Below, piece after piece: positions 26,749 to 35,717 of a stretch of 51,114 nucleotides of DNA; the first letter of the stretch is position 1, and each line of letters starts with the position of its first letter. This stretch comes from an uncultured Nitrosopumilaceae archaeon. GTDB taxonomy: Archaea > Thermoproteota > Nitrososphaeria > Nitrososphaerales > Nitrosopumilaceae. The position numbers were made by a program, and so were the translations under genes. The notes under the pieces were generated by a model. It saw nothing but the letters and a program-made list of their open reading frames with translations, did not search any database and had not been told where the DNA came from. The DNA lies in the NCBI GenBank assembly GCA_964538845.1, contig CAZIHN010000001.1, positions 4,048 through 55,161 on the forward strand, in the 5' to 3' direction.

Positions 26749-26848
26749 GCAGAGGTATCGAAGCCCGGCCAACCGAGAAGGACTCAAGATCATGGCATAA
26801 GAAATCCTTTCCCTTAGGGGTTCGGGGGTTCAAATCCCTCCCTCTGCA
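26749..26848 (+). tRNA. tRNA-Leu(CAA) with a 15-nt intron at 37/38 (26789-26803)
   Basis: Acceptor GCAGAGG/CCTCTGC with A73; anticodon arm AAGGA-CT-CAA-G|intron|A-TCCTT; long variable arm CCC-TTA-GGG; T arm GGGGG-TTCAAAT-CCCTC. Confidence 0.93.
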
Positions 26849-26978
26849 CCTTACCTAACCTTTTTTCCTTTCTTTGCCTTTGCTTACGATTTGGTTCGTC
26901 AAAACCTCGATGATTTTCACCCATAGTTACCTATGCAAGTGTTTATTAGAAAATTTTTCCATTTCGGATAGATAAGAG

Positions 26979-28190
26979 ATGAATAAAAAAATTCCTGGGC
27001 CAAATGCAAAAAGAATCATCAATGTCATGAAGAAACATGCATATGATTCCACTTTCATGTATCCCCTTGTAATATCGAGAGGTCATGATTGTATTATTGA
27101 GGATGTAGATGGAAACCAATTTCTAGATTTTACCTCAAACATAGGCGCATGTCCTTTAGGATACTCGCATCCTGAAATAATTGAAACATTATCGAAATAT
27201 TCATCTGTTGGAACATACAAAATTGCAGGTCAGGATTTCTATTGCAAAGAGCATGCAGACCTTGCAGAAAACATTTCCACAATATTACCTATGGGTTTTA
27301 AGACAATTTTCATTAATAGCGGTGCAGAAGCAGTTGAAAATGCAATAAAACTTGCATATAGAAGGATGGGTCCACTACCTGGAATCTCCTGTTTTGGTGC
27401 CTTTCATGGAAGAACATTGGGATCTTTAAGTTTTACTTTTAGTAGACCTGTTCAAAAATATAACTTTCCCGAATTTCCTGTCAAGAGAATTAAGTTTTGT
27501 ACTGATGATAATGATGTAGAAATTGATGCTACTGAAGCTTTACTAAAAGAAAATAAAATTGGTTTTATCTTAACCGAAGTCGTTCAAGGAGAAGGAGGAT
27601 ACAATATTGCAAGCAAGAAATTCATAACTAATCTAAGAAGATTTGCAACCCGCTATGGAGTTCCGCTTATACTGGACGAGGTTCAATCAGGGATAGGCCA
27701 TACTGGTAAGTGGTGGGCCTTTGAACATTATGGCGTTAGACCAGATATTATTAGCACAGCAAAAGCTCTACAGATAGGAGCAACTGCATACGACAAGAAA
27801 ATGGATCCTGGAGAAAAATCTGTTCTGTCAAGTACTTGGGGAGGTGGAAGCAGAATAGACATGGCGGTAGGTGCAAAGATTATTGACGTAATAAAAAGAG
27901 ACAAACTTTTGGATAATGTTTCAAAAATGGGCCATTTACTCAAAAAAGGTCTGATGGAAATAAAGTGTAAAAAAGGCGTGACAGAAGTAAGGGGACTTGG
28001 AATGATGATTGGGTTAGAGTTTGACACAAAGTCTCGAAGGGACAGGAAAATAAAGGATCTATTCAAAAATGGTTTGTTAACTCTTGGTGCTGGTCAAAAA
28101 TCATTAAGAATCATTCCTCCCCTAATAATCGAGAAAGAACAGATAGAACAAGGTCTCAACATAATACACCAAGTGTTGGCAAAAAACTAG
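26979..28190 (+). CDS. Class III PLP aminotransferase (4-aminobutyrate/acetylornithine aminotransferase-like)
   Basis: DVDGNQFLDF, NSGAEAVENAIK, FHGRT, VQGEGG, LILDEVQSGIG, TAKA (PLP lysine), VRGLG. Confidence 0.93.
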   Translation: MNKKIPGPNAKRIINVMKKHAYDSTFMYPLVISRGHDCIIEDVDGNQFLDFTSNIGACPLGYSHPEIIETLSKYSSVGTYKIAGQDFYCKEHADLAENISTILPMGFKTIFINSGAEAVENAIKLAYRRMGPLPGISCFGAFHGRTLGSLSFTFSRPVQKYNFPEFPVKRIKFCTDDNDVEIDATEALLKENKIGFILTEVVQGEGGYNIASKKFITNLRRFATRYGVPLILDEVQSGIGHTGKWWAFEHYGVRPDIISTAKALQIGATAYDKKMDPGEKSVLSSTWGGGSRIDMAVGAKIIDVIKRDKLLDNVSKMGHLLKKGLMEIKCKKGVTEVRGLGMMIGLEFDTKSRRDRKIKDLFKNGLLTLGAGQKSLRIIPPLIIEKEQIEQGLNIIHQVLAKN

Positions 28191-29440
28191 TATGCTTCAT
28201 ATTTGTTTCCTAGTTCAAGAGCCGCTATCTTTAGTTTCAGGACTTCATTTGCCCCTTCGTAGATTACTATTGCCCTTGAGTCTAGAAAGTGTCTAGCCAC
28301 ACGATTTGTTTTTAGGTACGCGTACGAACCAAATACCTGAACCGCTCTGTTGGCACAATCATAAGCAGCATTTGCTGCATATAATTTAGATATAGCTGCG
28401 ATCCTATCAGCCTTTTTTCGTAGCAAATAGTATTCTTTGTTTTCTTTATCGAGTTTGGGAAGCCAATCCGTATCTTTTTCCTTTAATCTTTCAAGATAAT
28501 CATGGAGTTTTTGTCTAGCGTCAGCTGTTCTGTAGACTAGCCATCTTAAGCTTTCAAAGTTTACTATCATTACAGCAATATGCTCCTGGATTAGTTGTTT
28601 TTTTGCAAGAGCTGACCCATGTTGTTTTCTTTTTTTTGAATATGTGATAGTTTCATCTAGACAATCTTTAATCATCCCAACTGCACCAGCAGCTACGCTC
28701 AATCTACCGTCTATTAATGCACTATATGCTACACTGAGTCCGTTTCCCTTTTTGCCAAGTAGATTTTTCTTTGGAATTGTACAATTCTTAAAAGTGATTT
28801 CAGCGTTTTTTACAGTTTGCAATCCCATCTTGTTTTTCATTTCTTCGGCATTAAATCCTGAAGAATCAGTATCAACTATGAATGCAGATATCTTTCCGTC
28901 TGGACCTTTTGCATAGGTGGTGAGTATATTTGCAAATGTTCCATTTCCTACCCAGTGTTTTTTACCATTCAAAACAAAATTTCCCCCCTTTTCTTCGAAT
29001 CTTGTTCTGATAAGAGATGGATCGCTACCCGCATCAGGTTCTGTCAATGCAAAACCCATTATACTCTCACCACTAGTTGTACTGTTAAGATACTGCTTTT
29101 TCTGTTCATCATTTCCCCAATTTTGTAAAACCATTTGTCCTATAGATATATGTGCAGAGAAAAAAGTGCGAAGAGAATTTCCCTCTTGTCCAATTCTTTC
29201 GAGCGCTAACGCATATGTTAGGATGTCATATCCAAGACCGTCATATTTTTTTGATATTGGGCATCCTAGCATTCCTATTTTTCCAAATTCAGGTACTACT
29301 CTGTCGTTTATTTTTTCTTCAAGGTAGCATTTTGTTTCATAATCTCTAACAGATTTACATACATCATCAACTTTGGCAAGAAAAGTTTTTTGTTCTTCAG
29401 AAACCTCGAAATTCATATTAGAAAGATTAGCATATGCCAT
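28187..29440 (-). CDS. Acyl-CoA dehydrogenase
   Basis: FALTEPDAGSD, LNGKKHW, GRLSVAAGAVG, RKQHG, QVFG, IYEGANEV. Confidence 0.94.
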   Translation of the reverse strand: MAYANLSNMNFEVSEEQKTFLAKVDDVCKSVRDYETKCYLEEKINDRVVPEFGKIGMLGCPISKKYDGLGYDILTYALALERIGQEGNSLRTFFSAHISIGQMVLQNWGNDEQKKQYLNSTTSGESIMGFALTEPDAGSDPSLIRTRFEEKGGNFVLNGKKHWVGNGTFANILTTYAKGPDGKISAFIVDTDSSGFNAEEMKNKMGLQTVKNAEITFKNCTIPKKNLLGKKGNGLSVAYSALIDGRLSVAAGAVGMIKDCLDETITYSKKRKQHGSALAKKQLIQEHIAVMIVNFESLRWLVYRTADARQKLHDYLERLKEKDTDWLPKLDKENKEYYLLRKKADRIAAISKLYAANAAYDCANRAVQVFGSYAYLKTNRVARHFLDSRAIVIYEGANEVLKLKIAALELGNKYEAY

Positions 29441-29486
29441 GTTCTTTATTCAATTAACCCCAATAGAATAATTTCTTTAAGAGTTT

Positions 29487-29609
29487 CTATACTTTTACCA
29501 TCTGGATCTCTCTCACGTTATGTTTCGAGATATCTTCATGTAAAGTTGCGTGGTCTACGTCTGTAAAAGTTAGATTGCACCTATAACATTTCCACGCTTT
29601 AGAACTCAC
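29487..29609 (-). CDS. 40-aa C2H2 zinc-finger microprotein
   Basis: Not in the track. GTG start, MSSKAWKCYRCNLTFTDVDHATLHEDISKHNVREIQMVKV (C-x2-C-x3-F-x8-H-x5-H), TTTATAAA box ending 21 nt upstream. Confidence 0.75.
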   Translation of the reverse strand: MSSKAWKCYRCNLTFTDVDHATLHEDISKHNVREIQMVKV

Positions 29610-29788
29610 ATAACAGTTACGTGATTTTAATTTATAAAGATTTGTACTTTTATTGGAGAACTAATATCTTATTCCATTTTGTTTGAAATATTTCTTAATT
29701 TGTGTGTTCTTTCTTGAATTTCCTTTTCCAAAAATGGAAATGACACTAACAGTTTCAATTTATAAATTGGAGTCCTCTTTTAACTAAC

Positions 29789-30406
29789 TTGTATCTATAC
29801 AGATTAAAAGAGAAAATCAAGAAAAGATACAACAGTGATGTGGCTCATGATTTTGAGCATGTCATGCGAGTTTTGAAAAATGCTCAAAAAATTTCCAAGA
29901 AGGAAAAGGGTAACATCAAGATAATCACTGCTGCAGTGCTTCTTCATGACATAGTTTCCTATCCAAAATCTGATCCAAGATCTAAAAATTCCTCATTAGA
30001 GAGCGCAAGCAAAGCTAAAAAGATGCTCAGAGGATGTGGATTTAAAAAATACGAGATAGAACTGATTTACGATGCTATAAGAGATCACAGTTATTCAAGA
30101 GGAGCTACACCACAAACTCTAGAGGGAAAAATATTACAAGATGCGGACAGATTAGATGCTATAGGTTCGATTGGCATAGCAAGAGCTTTCTCAGTAGGTG
30201 GTGCTGTAAGGAGACCTATTTACAACAATAGAGATCCCTTTTGCAAGAGACGTCATCCGGATGATAAACATTGGACACTAGACCACTTTCCTAAAAAACT
30301 ATTATTTTTAGATAAGACAATGAATACAAGAACTGCTACTTTGGAGGCAAGAAGGAGAATAAGAATAATGAAGGCTTTCCTAAGACAACTAAGAAGAGAA
30401 ATTTAA
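29789..30406 (+). CDS. HD-domain metal-dependent phosphohydrolase
   Basis: AHDFEHVMRV, LLHD, DHSYS, QDADRLDAIG. Confidence 0.92.
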   Translation: MYLYRLKEKIKKRYNSDVAHDFEHVMRVLKNAQKISKKEKGNIKIITAAVLLHDIVSYPKSDPRSKNSSLESASKAKKMLRGCGFKKYEIELIYDAIRDHSYSRGATPQTLEGKILQDADRLDAIGSIGIARAFSVGGAVRRPIYNNRDPFCKRRHPDDKHWTLDHFPKKLLFLDKTMNTRTATLEARRRIRIMKAFLRQLRREI

Positions 30407-30714
30407 CCGTAATCCAGGTATCTTTTGAATCTCTTCTCTATTTCTGGGTTGTTTCCAGTAAGAATTCTCTTTAACTCTTCATTGTGACGATTCTTAATAT
30501 GGATTCTCATTTCCTTAAAATTTTCGTCTTGGGGATATACATTGACGAGGGGATCAATAATGTTATAGTATTCTGCTACCTTTTGTCTAAATTCCTCCTT
30601 TGTCGGATTTCTTTTCCGATTTATTCTGAACCAAATTGTTGCCCAGCTTGCTCCAACTACATGTGGTAACAAGTCAAAGGCACGATCAATTTCAAATCCT
30701 ACACCTTCTCTCAT
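30403..30714 (-). CDS. Hypothetical protein coupled to hemB
   Basis: ATGA overlap with the hemB stop; helical 103-aa ORF. Confidence 0.75.
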   Translation of the reverse strand: MREGVGFEIDRAFDLLPHVVGASWATIWFRINRKRNPTKEEFRQKVAEYYNIIDPLVNVYPQDENFKEMRIHIKNRHNEELKRILTGNNPEIEKRFKRYLDYG

Positions 30715-31691
30715 TTCTCAATGAGCGCGTTTGCGGCAATCTTTGAGAAATATGTTACTATCATGTCTGCGCCTGCACGTTTGATGGCGGTAAGAATTTC
30801 TAATGTTACTTCCTTCTCATCAATCCAACCTTTCATTGCAGCTGCCTTTACCAGAGCGTATTCTCCTGACACACTATATGCAGATATAGGTACATTGAAT
30901 TTTTTTCTAGTCGTCGAAATAAGGTCAAGATAGGCAAGTGCGGGTTTTATCATTACAATGTCTACCCCTTCTGCTATGTCAGTCTCAACCTCTCGCATAG
31001 CCTCCTTTGGGTTTGTATATGGTAACTGGTATGTTTTCCTGTCTCCAAATTGGGGGGCAGAGTGTGCCATTTCCTTAAAAGGTGAATAGAGAGATGATCT
31101 ATGTTTTGCGGAGTGGGACATTATAGCTACTTCTGAAAAGCCTGCGTCGTCAAGACCTTGCCTTATAGCTTTTACTTGTCCATCCATCATAGCAGAAGGA
31201 GAGACGACATCGGCTCCGGCATTAGCTTGGCTCACTGCTACTTTTGCCAAAGTTTGAAGACTGGAATCATTATCAATTTTATCACCTTTAACTAGACCGC
31301 AATGACCCGAACTTGTATACTGGCAAAGACAGACATCTGACATTATTGCAATATTGTTTCCAAGATTTTTTCTTATTTCAGAAATTGCTTTTTGCACGAT
31401 TCCATCTTGGGCAAAGGCAGATGTTCCATTATCATCCTTGTGTGATGGAACTCCAAAAATCATAATTGCAGGAATCTTTAGATCAGCAACCAAATTTACT
31501 TCATCAACGACATCCTTGAGGGGTAGCCTTTCCATTCCTGGCATGGATTGACCCTCTACTTTAGATTTCAAATTTTCTTCGACAAAGATTGGACAGATAA
31601 GATCCCTTGGAGAGAGCCTTACCTCCTCGAGAAGTTCCCTAATCTTGCCTGTTTTCCTTAAACGACGTAATCGAAGGTTTGGAAAAGACAT
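30711..31691 (-). CDS. hemB: Porphobilinogen synthase
   Basis: DVCLCQYTSSGHC Zn site, PSAMMDG, GDRKTYQ, MIKPA, AYSVSGEY. Confidence 0.97.
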   Translation of the reverse strand: MSFPNLRLRRLRKTGKIRELLEEVRLSPRDLICPIFVEENLKSKVEGQSMPGMERLPLKDVVDEVNLVADLKIPAIMIFGVPSHKDDNGTSAFAQDGIVQKAISEIRKNLGNNIAIMSDVCLCQYTSSGHCGLVKGDKIDNDSSLQTLAKVAVSQANAGADVVSPSAMMDGQVKAIRQGLDDAGFSEVAIMSHSAKHRSSLYSPFKEMAHSAPQFGDRKTYQLPYTNPKEAMREVETDIAEGVDIVMIKPALAYLDLISTTRKKFNVPISAYSVSGEYALVKAAAMKGWIDEKEVTLEILTAIKRAGADMIVTYFSKIAANALIEK

Positions 31692-31725
31692 TGAACGACG
31701 TACTACATTTTAGCAATATAATTTG

Positions 31726-32982
31726 TTACTCTTTTGTCTTATAATCAAAAAGTTTTATGACTGTTCTCACAACTTCAGAATCTCCTTGTTCAGATGCCTT
31801 TCGAAGGTTATTCATTGGCGTCGACATGATATCTTCTACTATGGCTTGTGTTAGTTGGTCAATGATTCTAATTTTTACCTCGTCTTTTTCACCTAGCATT
31901 TGAAGCGCTTTTTTTAATTCCTTTATTCGTGATTGATCAATCTCTTTGAAGACATTTGTTACTATGGGTTCCACTTCTATTCTCTTCATTGCTGCTTCTA
32001 CCACTGGTAGCTCTTCATTAATAATTTTCTCTACCGATGATACCACTCCCATTCGTGTTCTCATGTTCTTATCTACCATTTCAGCAATCTGGTCTAAATT
32101 CATCATCTTAATCTTACTTATGACTGCAACCCTTTCATCTACTGTCCTTGGATTTGAAAGATCCATTATTAACATTCCTTCGGTTCTAGATTCCATCGCT
32201 TCCCTTACTCTGTCATATGTAACGAGGAAATATGGAGCAATCGTAGCTACAAATAAAACATCAACTGATTTGAAATTGTTTATAGATTCTTCAAACTGCA
32301 CAGGTTTTCCACCCACAGTCTCTGAAAAAGACTTTGATCGCTCAAACGTTCTGCTTGTAACAAGAAAATTTATGTCTCTTTTCTTGAGGGATTTTGCCAC
32401 TAAGCTGGCAGCCTCACCTGTTCCAATTAGTAAGATATGTTTAGATTTTAGATCATCAATGTTTTCCTCAGCAAGCTTTACTGCCATGGAACCAATAGAG
32501 ATGCTTCCTCTTCCAATCCCAGTTGCTTGACGTACACGGGTTCCAACACGGATTGCCTTCTCAAATAAAGTATTAAGACCTGCACCTGATGCTCCAAGAC
32601 CTTTGGCTTCATTAATTGATTCCTTTACTTGTCCTAGGATCTGTTCCTCCCCTACAACCAATGAATCAAGCCCAGAGGTAAGTTTTAGCAAATGAGCATA
32701 TACCTCAGAGCCCATACTTGTCTCAAGATTTTCCTCGAATGCCTTTTCTTCGAGTCCAGCCACAGATGCCCATGTCTTTTTTATTCTGTTAACATCGGTA
32801 TCAAATGAGCGTCCAAAAAGTTCAACTCTGTTACAGGTTTGTAATATGACGCATTCTTGCAAACCAGAATGTTTCAAAAATGATTCGTATGCAGATTCAA
32901 GATCACGAAAAGTGAATCTCTCAAGCAAATGAATTGGAGATTTTCTAAAAGTTACTCTAGCGTTGATTATTTCGGTTGTTAT
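31726..32982 (-). CDS. hemA: Glutamyl-tRNA reductase; N-terminus extended to a probable ATA start at 32982
   Basis: LQTCNRVE, GLDSLVVGEEQILGQ, IGTGEAA, DLSNPR. The frame stays open 18 codons upstream of track start 32928 (ITTEIINARVTFRKSPIH). Confidence 0.93.
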   Translation of the reverse strand: MTTEIINARVTFRKSPIHLLERFTFRDLESAYESFLKHSGLQECVILQTCNRVELFGRSFDTDVNRIKKTWASVAGLEEKAFEENLETSMGSEVYAHLLKLTSGLDSLVVGEEQILGQVKESINEAKGLGASGAGLNTLFEKAIRVGTRVRQATGIGRGSISIGSMAVKLAEENIDDLKSKHILLIGTGEAASLVAKSLKKRDINFLVTSRTFERSKSFSETVGGKPVQFEESINNFKSVDVLFVATIAPYFLVTYDRVREAMESRTEGMLIMDLSNPRTVDERVAVISKIKMMNLDQIAEMVDKNMRTRMGVVSSVEKIINEELPVVEAAMKRIEVEPIVTNVFKEIDQSRIKELKKALQMLGEKDEVKIRIIDQLTQAIVEDIMSTPMNNLRKASEQGDSEVVRTVIKLFDYKTKE

Positions 32983-33632
32983 TTTAGACCCCCCAACATT
33001 TCGCTCACTCTATTCTGTGCCTTTTTTAGATTTCCTTCTTCTATTAACTGTTTAATTTTATTATCATTCATAACACTATAGAGAAACTTTTTCCTCTCTG
33101 GAAATGTCAGGATTTTGGATTTTACTTTCCTACGAGCAAAGTCTTGGAGTTTTATTTGATAAATATCCTCCTTCTTTATTAATTTCTTGAATATTTTCTC
33201 AGCCTGCAGTTTTAGTTTTCGAGCCATTGCCGGACTTCGTCCCCCAGTAGATATTGCTATTTGTACAGTATCTTGTATGTTTATCACGGAACCAAATGCA
33301 AAATCGCTAACTTCTGGATCGTCGGCAGCATAAGAGTAACATCTCATTTTCTTCGCTAGCTCTACGATCTTACGATTTAGATTCCTATCATCAGTTGCAG
33401 CAAGTACCATAAATGGTTTGTATTTTTTTAAAAAATCTGCGTTAACCAACCTCATTTTTTTAAACGTGATCTTTTTTTTCTTAATATAATCCTCGATTTG
33501 TCTATTCGTAGAATCACTGATTACATGGATTTTGCAATCCTGAGTCAATAATGAATTTACCTTCTTGAGTCCCTCATTTCCTCCTCCTACAACAATTATT
33601 AAGTTTCCTTTAAGATTGAGATCTACTATCAA
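32979..33632 (-). CDS. sirC: Precorrin-2 dehydrogenase/sirohydrochlorin ferrochelatase (SirC/Met8/CysG N-terminal type); probable start TTG 33632
   Basis: IVVGGG NAD motif, AATDDRNLN, ADDP..SDF, IAISTGGRSPAMAR. Confidence 0.9.
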   Translation of the reverse strand: MIVDLNLKGNLIIVVGGGNEGLKKVNSLLTQDCKIHVISDSTNRQIEDYIKKKKITFKKMRLVNADFLKKYKPFMVLAATDDRNLNRKIVELAKKMRCYSYAADDPEVSDFAFGSVINIQDTVQIAISTGGRSPAMARKLKLQAEKIFKKLIKKEDIYQIKLQDFARRKVKSKILTFPERKKFLYSVMNDNKIKQLIEEGNLKKAQNRVSEMLGGLK

Positions 33633-33718
33633 CAATTTTTGCTGTCTTGAGATGATATTTATAGATTCCATGAAAATCTAAGGAACATTTTTAATTGTAA
33701 TGCGGATTCGTTTCTCTT

Positions 33719-34729
33719 ATGGACAAGCTGGATAAGGAAATTCTAAACGAGATTCAGTGGACCTTTCCATTAGTTCCGAAACCCTTCACAGAGATTGCAA
33801 AAAAATTTGGGCTTTCAAATCAATTGATTATACAAAAAATTCAAAACCTCAAGGACCTTGGAATAATCAGGCAACTAAGTGCAATTTTTGATACAAGAAG
33901 ATTGGGATACAAAAGTGCACTTGTGGCGATGGCAATTGAGCCAGATTACCTTGAACAAGTTGCAAAGCAAGTAAATAGACATCCGGGGGTAAGTCATAAT
34001 TATGAGAGAAACCACGAGTACAATCTTTGGTTTACTCTGGCAGTTCCTCCAGGCTCTGATTTAAAAAAAGAAATTGATAAATTCTCAAAATTATCTGGAA
34101 TCAAAAAAACAAGGTTACTCCCTACTATTAAGCTCTTCAAGATTGGTGTTAAGCTTGAGATGATAGAAGAAAAGAAAAAAGAGATTAAACCAACTGAAAT
34201 AAAAAAGAAAATTTCAGAAATAAAATTTGTTGCATCAGATGAAGACAAAAACTTCATTCGTCAATTGCAAAAAGATCTAGAGGTAGTTGAAAGGCCATTT
34301 TTGAAGTCGGCTCAAAACCTTGGGATGTCTGAAGAAGAGCTTCTTAAAAAGGCAAAATATTATGAGGAAATAGGTGTAATGCGAAGGTTTGCGGCAATAC
34401 TGAGGCATAGAGAAGCAGGATTTACAGCAAATGGTATGATTGTCTGGAAGGTTCAAGAGAATAGAGTAGAGCAAGTTGGTGTCAAATTAGGTTCATTCCC
34501 TCAAGTAAGTCATTGTTATCAAAGACCAGTGTATCCAGATTGGCCCTACAATTTATTTTCAATGGTACACTGTAAGGAGGTAGTTGAGGCAGAAGAAATA
34601 GCAAAACAAATTCAAAAACAGATAAAAGTAGATGAATTCAAAATATTATTTAGTTCTAGGGAGTTCAAGAAAACCAGAGTAGAGTATTTTATGGAACAGG
34701 AATTTAACATAGAACCCATTCCTGTCTGA
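33719..34729 (+). CDS. ahbAB: Fused sirohaem decarboxylase AhbA/AhbB (NirDL-like)
   Basis: Two AsnC-like repeats with VSHNYER...YNLWFT and VSHCYQR...WPYNLFSMVH; EFKKT; next to haem genes. Confidence 0.9.
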   Translation: MDKLDKEILNEIQWTFPLVPKPFTEIAKKFGLSNQLIIQKIQNLKDLGIIRQLSAIFDTRRLGYKSALVAMAIEPDYLEQVAKQVNRHPGVSHNYERNHEYNLWFTLAVPPGSDLKKEIDKFSKLSGIKKTRLLPTIKLFKIGVKLEMIEEKKKEIKPTEIKKKISEIKFVASDEDKNFIRQLQKDLEVVERPFLKSAQNLGMSEEELLKKAKYYEEIGVMRRFAAILRHREAGFTANGMIVWKVQENRVEQVGVKLGSFPQVSHCYQRPVYPDWPYNLFSMVHCKEVVEAEEIAKQIQKQIKVDEFKILFSSREFKKTRVEYFMEQEFNIEPIPV

Positions 34730-34749
34730 TTATGTATCAAGAAACGAGT

Positions 34750-35073
34750 CTATATTATTTCCAATTGAGTTAAGGAATTACCCCCTAAGGATAACTTGAT
34801 AGAACTAACTTTGCTTTGGTACATAAAATACTTCTTTCCTGCAGCATTTGTCGCACCCGTTACTCGCAATAAACCTGCTTTTTGAAACCTACGAACCCAT
34901 CTATATACCTGGGTTAGAGGAAAGCCTGTGGTTGAACATATCTGCCAAGATGACATTGGAGTGTCTACAATATGAGCAAGTATATGAACAGCTTGTTCGT
35001 TTGAAATGATTTTTAGAATTGAACTTCCATTTTTGTTCTTATCTAGATTCCTACTCTGAAGTAGTATCTGCAC
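34750..35073 (-). CDS. Winged-HTH (ArsR-like) protein; probable start GTG 35073
   Basis: IL......PMSSWQIC..TGFPLTQVYRWVRRFQKAGLL...GKKYFMYQS helix-turn-helix plus wing. Confidence 0.75.
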   Translation of the reverse strand: MQILLQSRNLDKNKNGSSILKIISNEQAVHILAHIVDTPMSSWQICSTTGFPLTQVYRWVRRFQKAGLLRVTGATNAAGKKYFMYQSKVSSIKLSLGGNSLTQLEII

Positions 35074-35134
35074 ATTTATCTTCAGTCTCTCAAAAATATA
35101 ACAAAGATGCTTATAGTGCAATCATTTGCAAACA

Positions 35135-35665
35135 TTATTCTGTAAATTTGAATGAAACCATATTTGCATCATATTCAAAGTCTGCTTTTTTTTCAATAAT
35201 GTCTTTGAGTATTAACCCAAGCACAGTGACATGATATAATGACCAATTTTCTCCCAAATCGTGCTTAACAATAAAAGAATGTTTATTGTCCTTAATGTTA
35301 TGATTAATCTCTATCGATGAAGCCCTCATTCTTGCCTCAAACCAAGATATGAACAAAGTCAGATTGATATCTCCTTTCATAAATAGTGCAATATCTCTAA
35401 CAACGTTTTTGCCAATTCGGTTTGCCATGTCTACTATCTCATCCTTGTTCATCTTACCAAATAGTTCAACGATTATTGGTTTCGCAATTGGAATCATACC
35501 AACTTTTGATTCGTACATCCCCCACTCAACATATCTCTTGAATACTTGATTGACAAGAGTATTTAGACTGGTTTCCCGATGCTTTGATTCTGAACGAAGT
35601 TTATTGAGAACATCATCATCGATTCTAAATGTCATTGTTGAAGTCTTCTTTTTAATTAGATCCAT
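35135..35665 (-). CDS. Ribbon-helix-helix-like DNA-binding protein with an uncharacterised C-terminal domain
   Basis: TMTFRIDDDVLNKL...SLNTLVNQVF RHH pattern. Confidence 0.78.
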   Translation of the reverse strand: MDLIKKKTSTMTFRIDDDVLNKLRSESKHRETSLNTLVNQVFKRYVEWGMYESKVGMIPIAKPIIVELFGKMNKDEIVDMANRIGKNVVRDIALFMKGDINLTLFISWFEARMRASSIEINHNIKDNKHSFIVKHDLGENWSLYHVTVLGLILKDIIEKKADFEYDANMVSFKFTE

Positions 35666-35717
35666 GTTGTTTGAGTTATGGTTCGATGCAATCGGTTTTA
35701 TTTCTGTCGAACAATAT

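Noticed and set aside
31946-32530. 194-aa plus-strand ORF and the other antisense or nested track ORFs
   Set aside because: They are shadows of well-supported genes on the opposite strand or in another frame, with no motifs.
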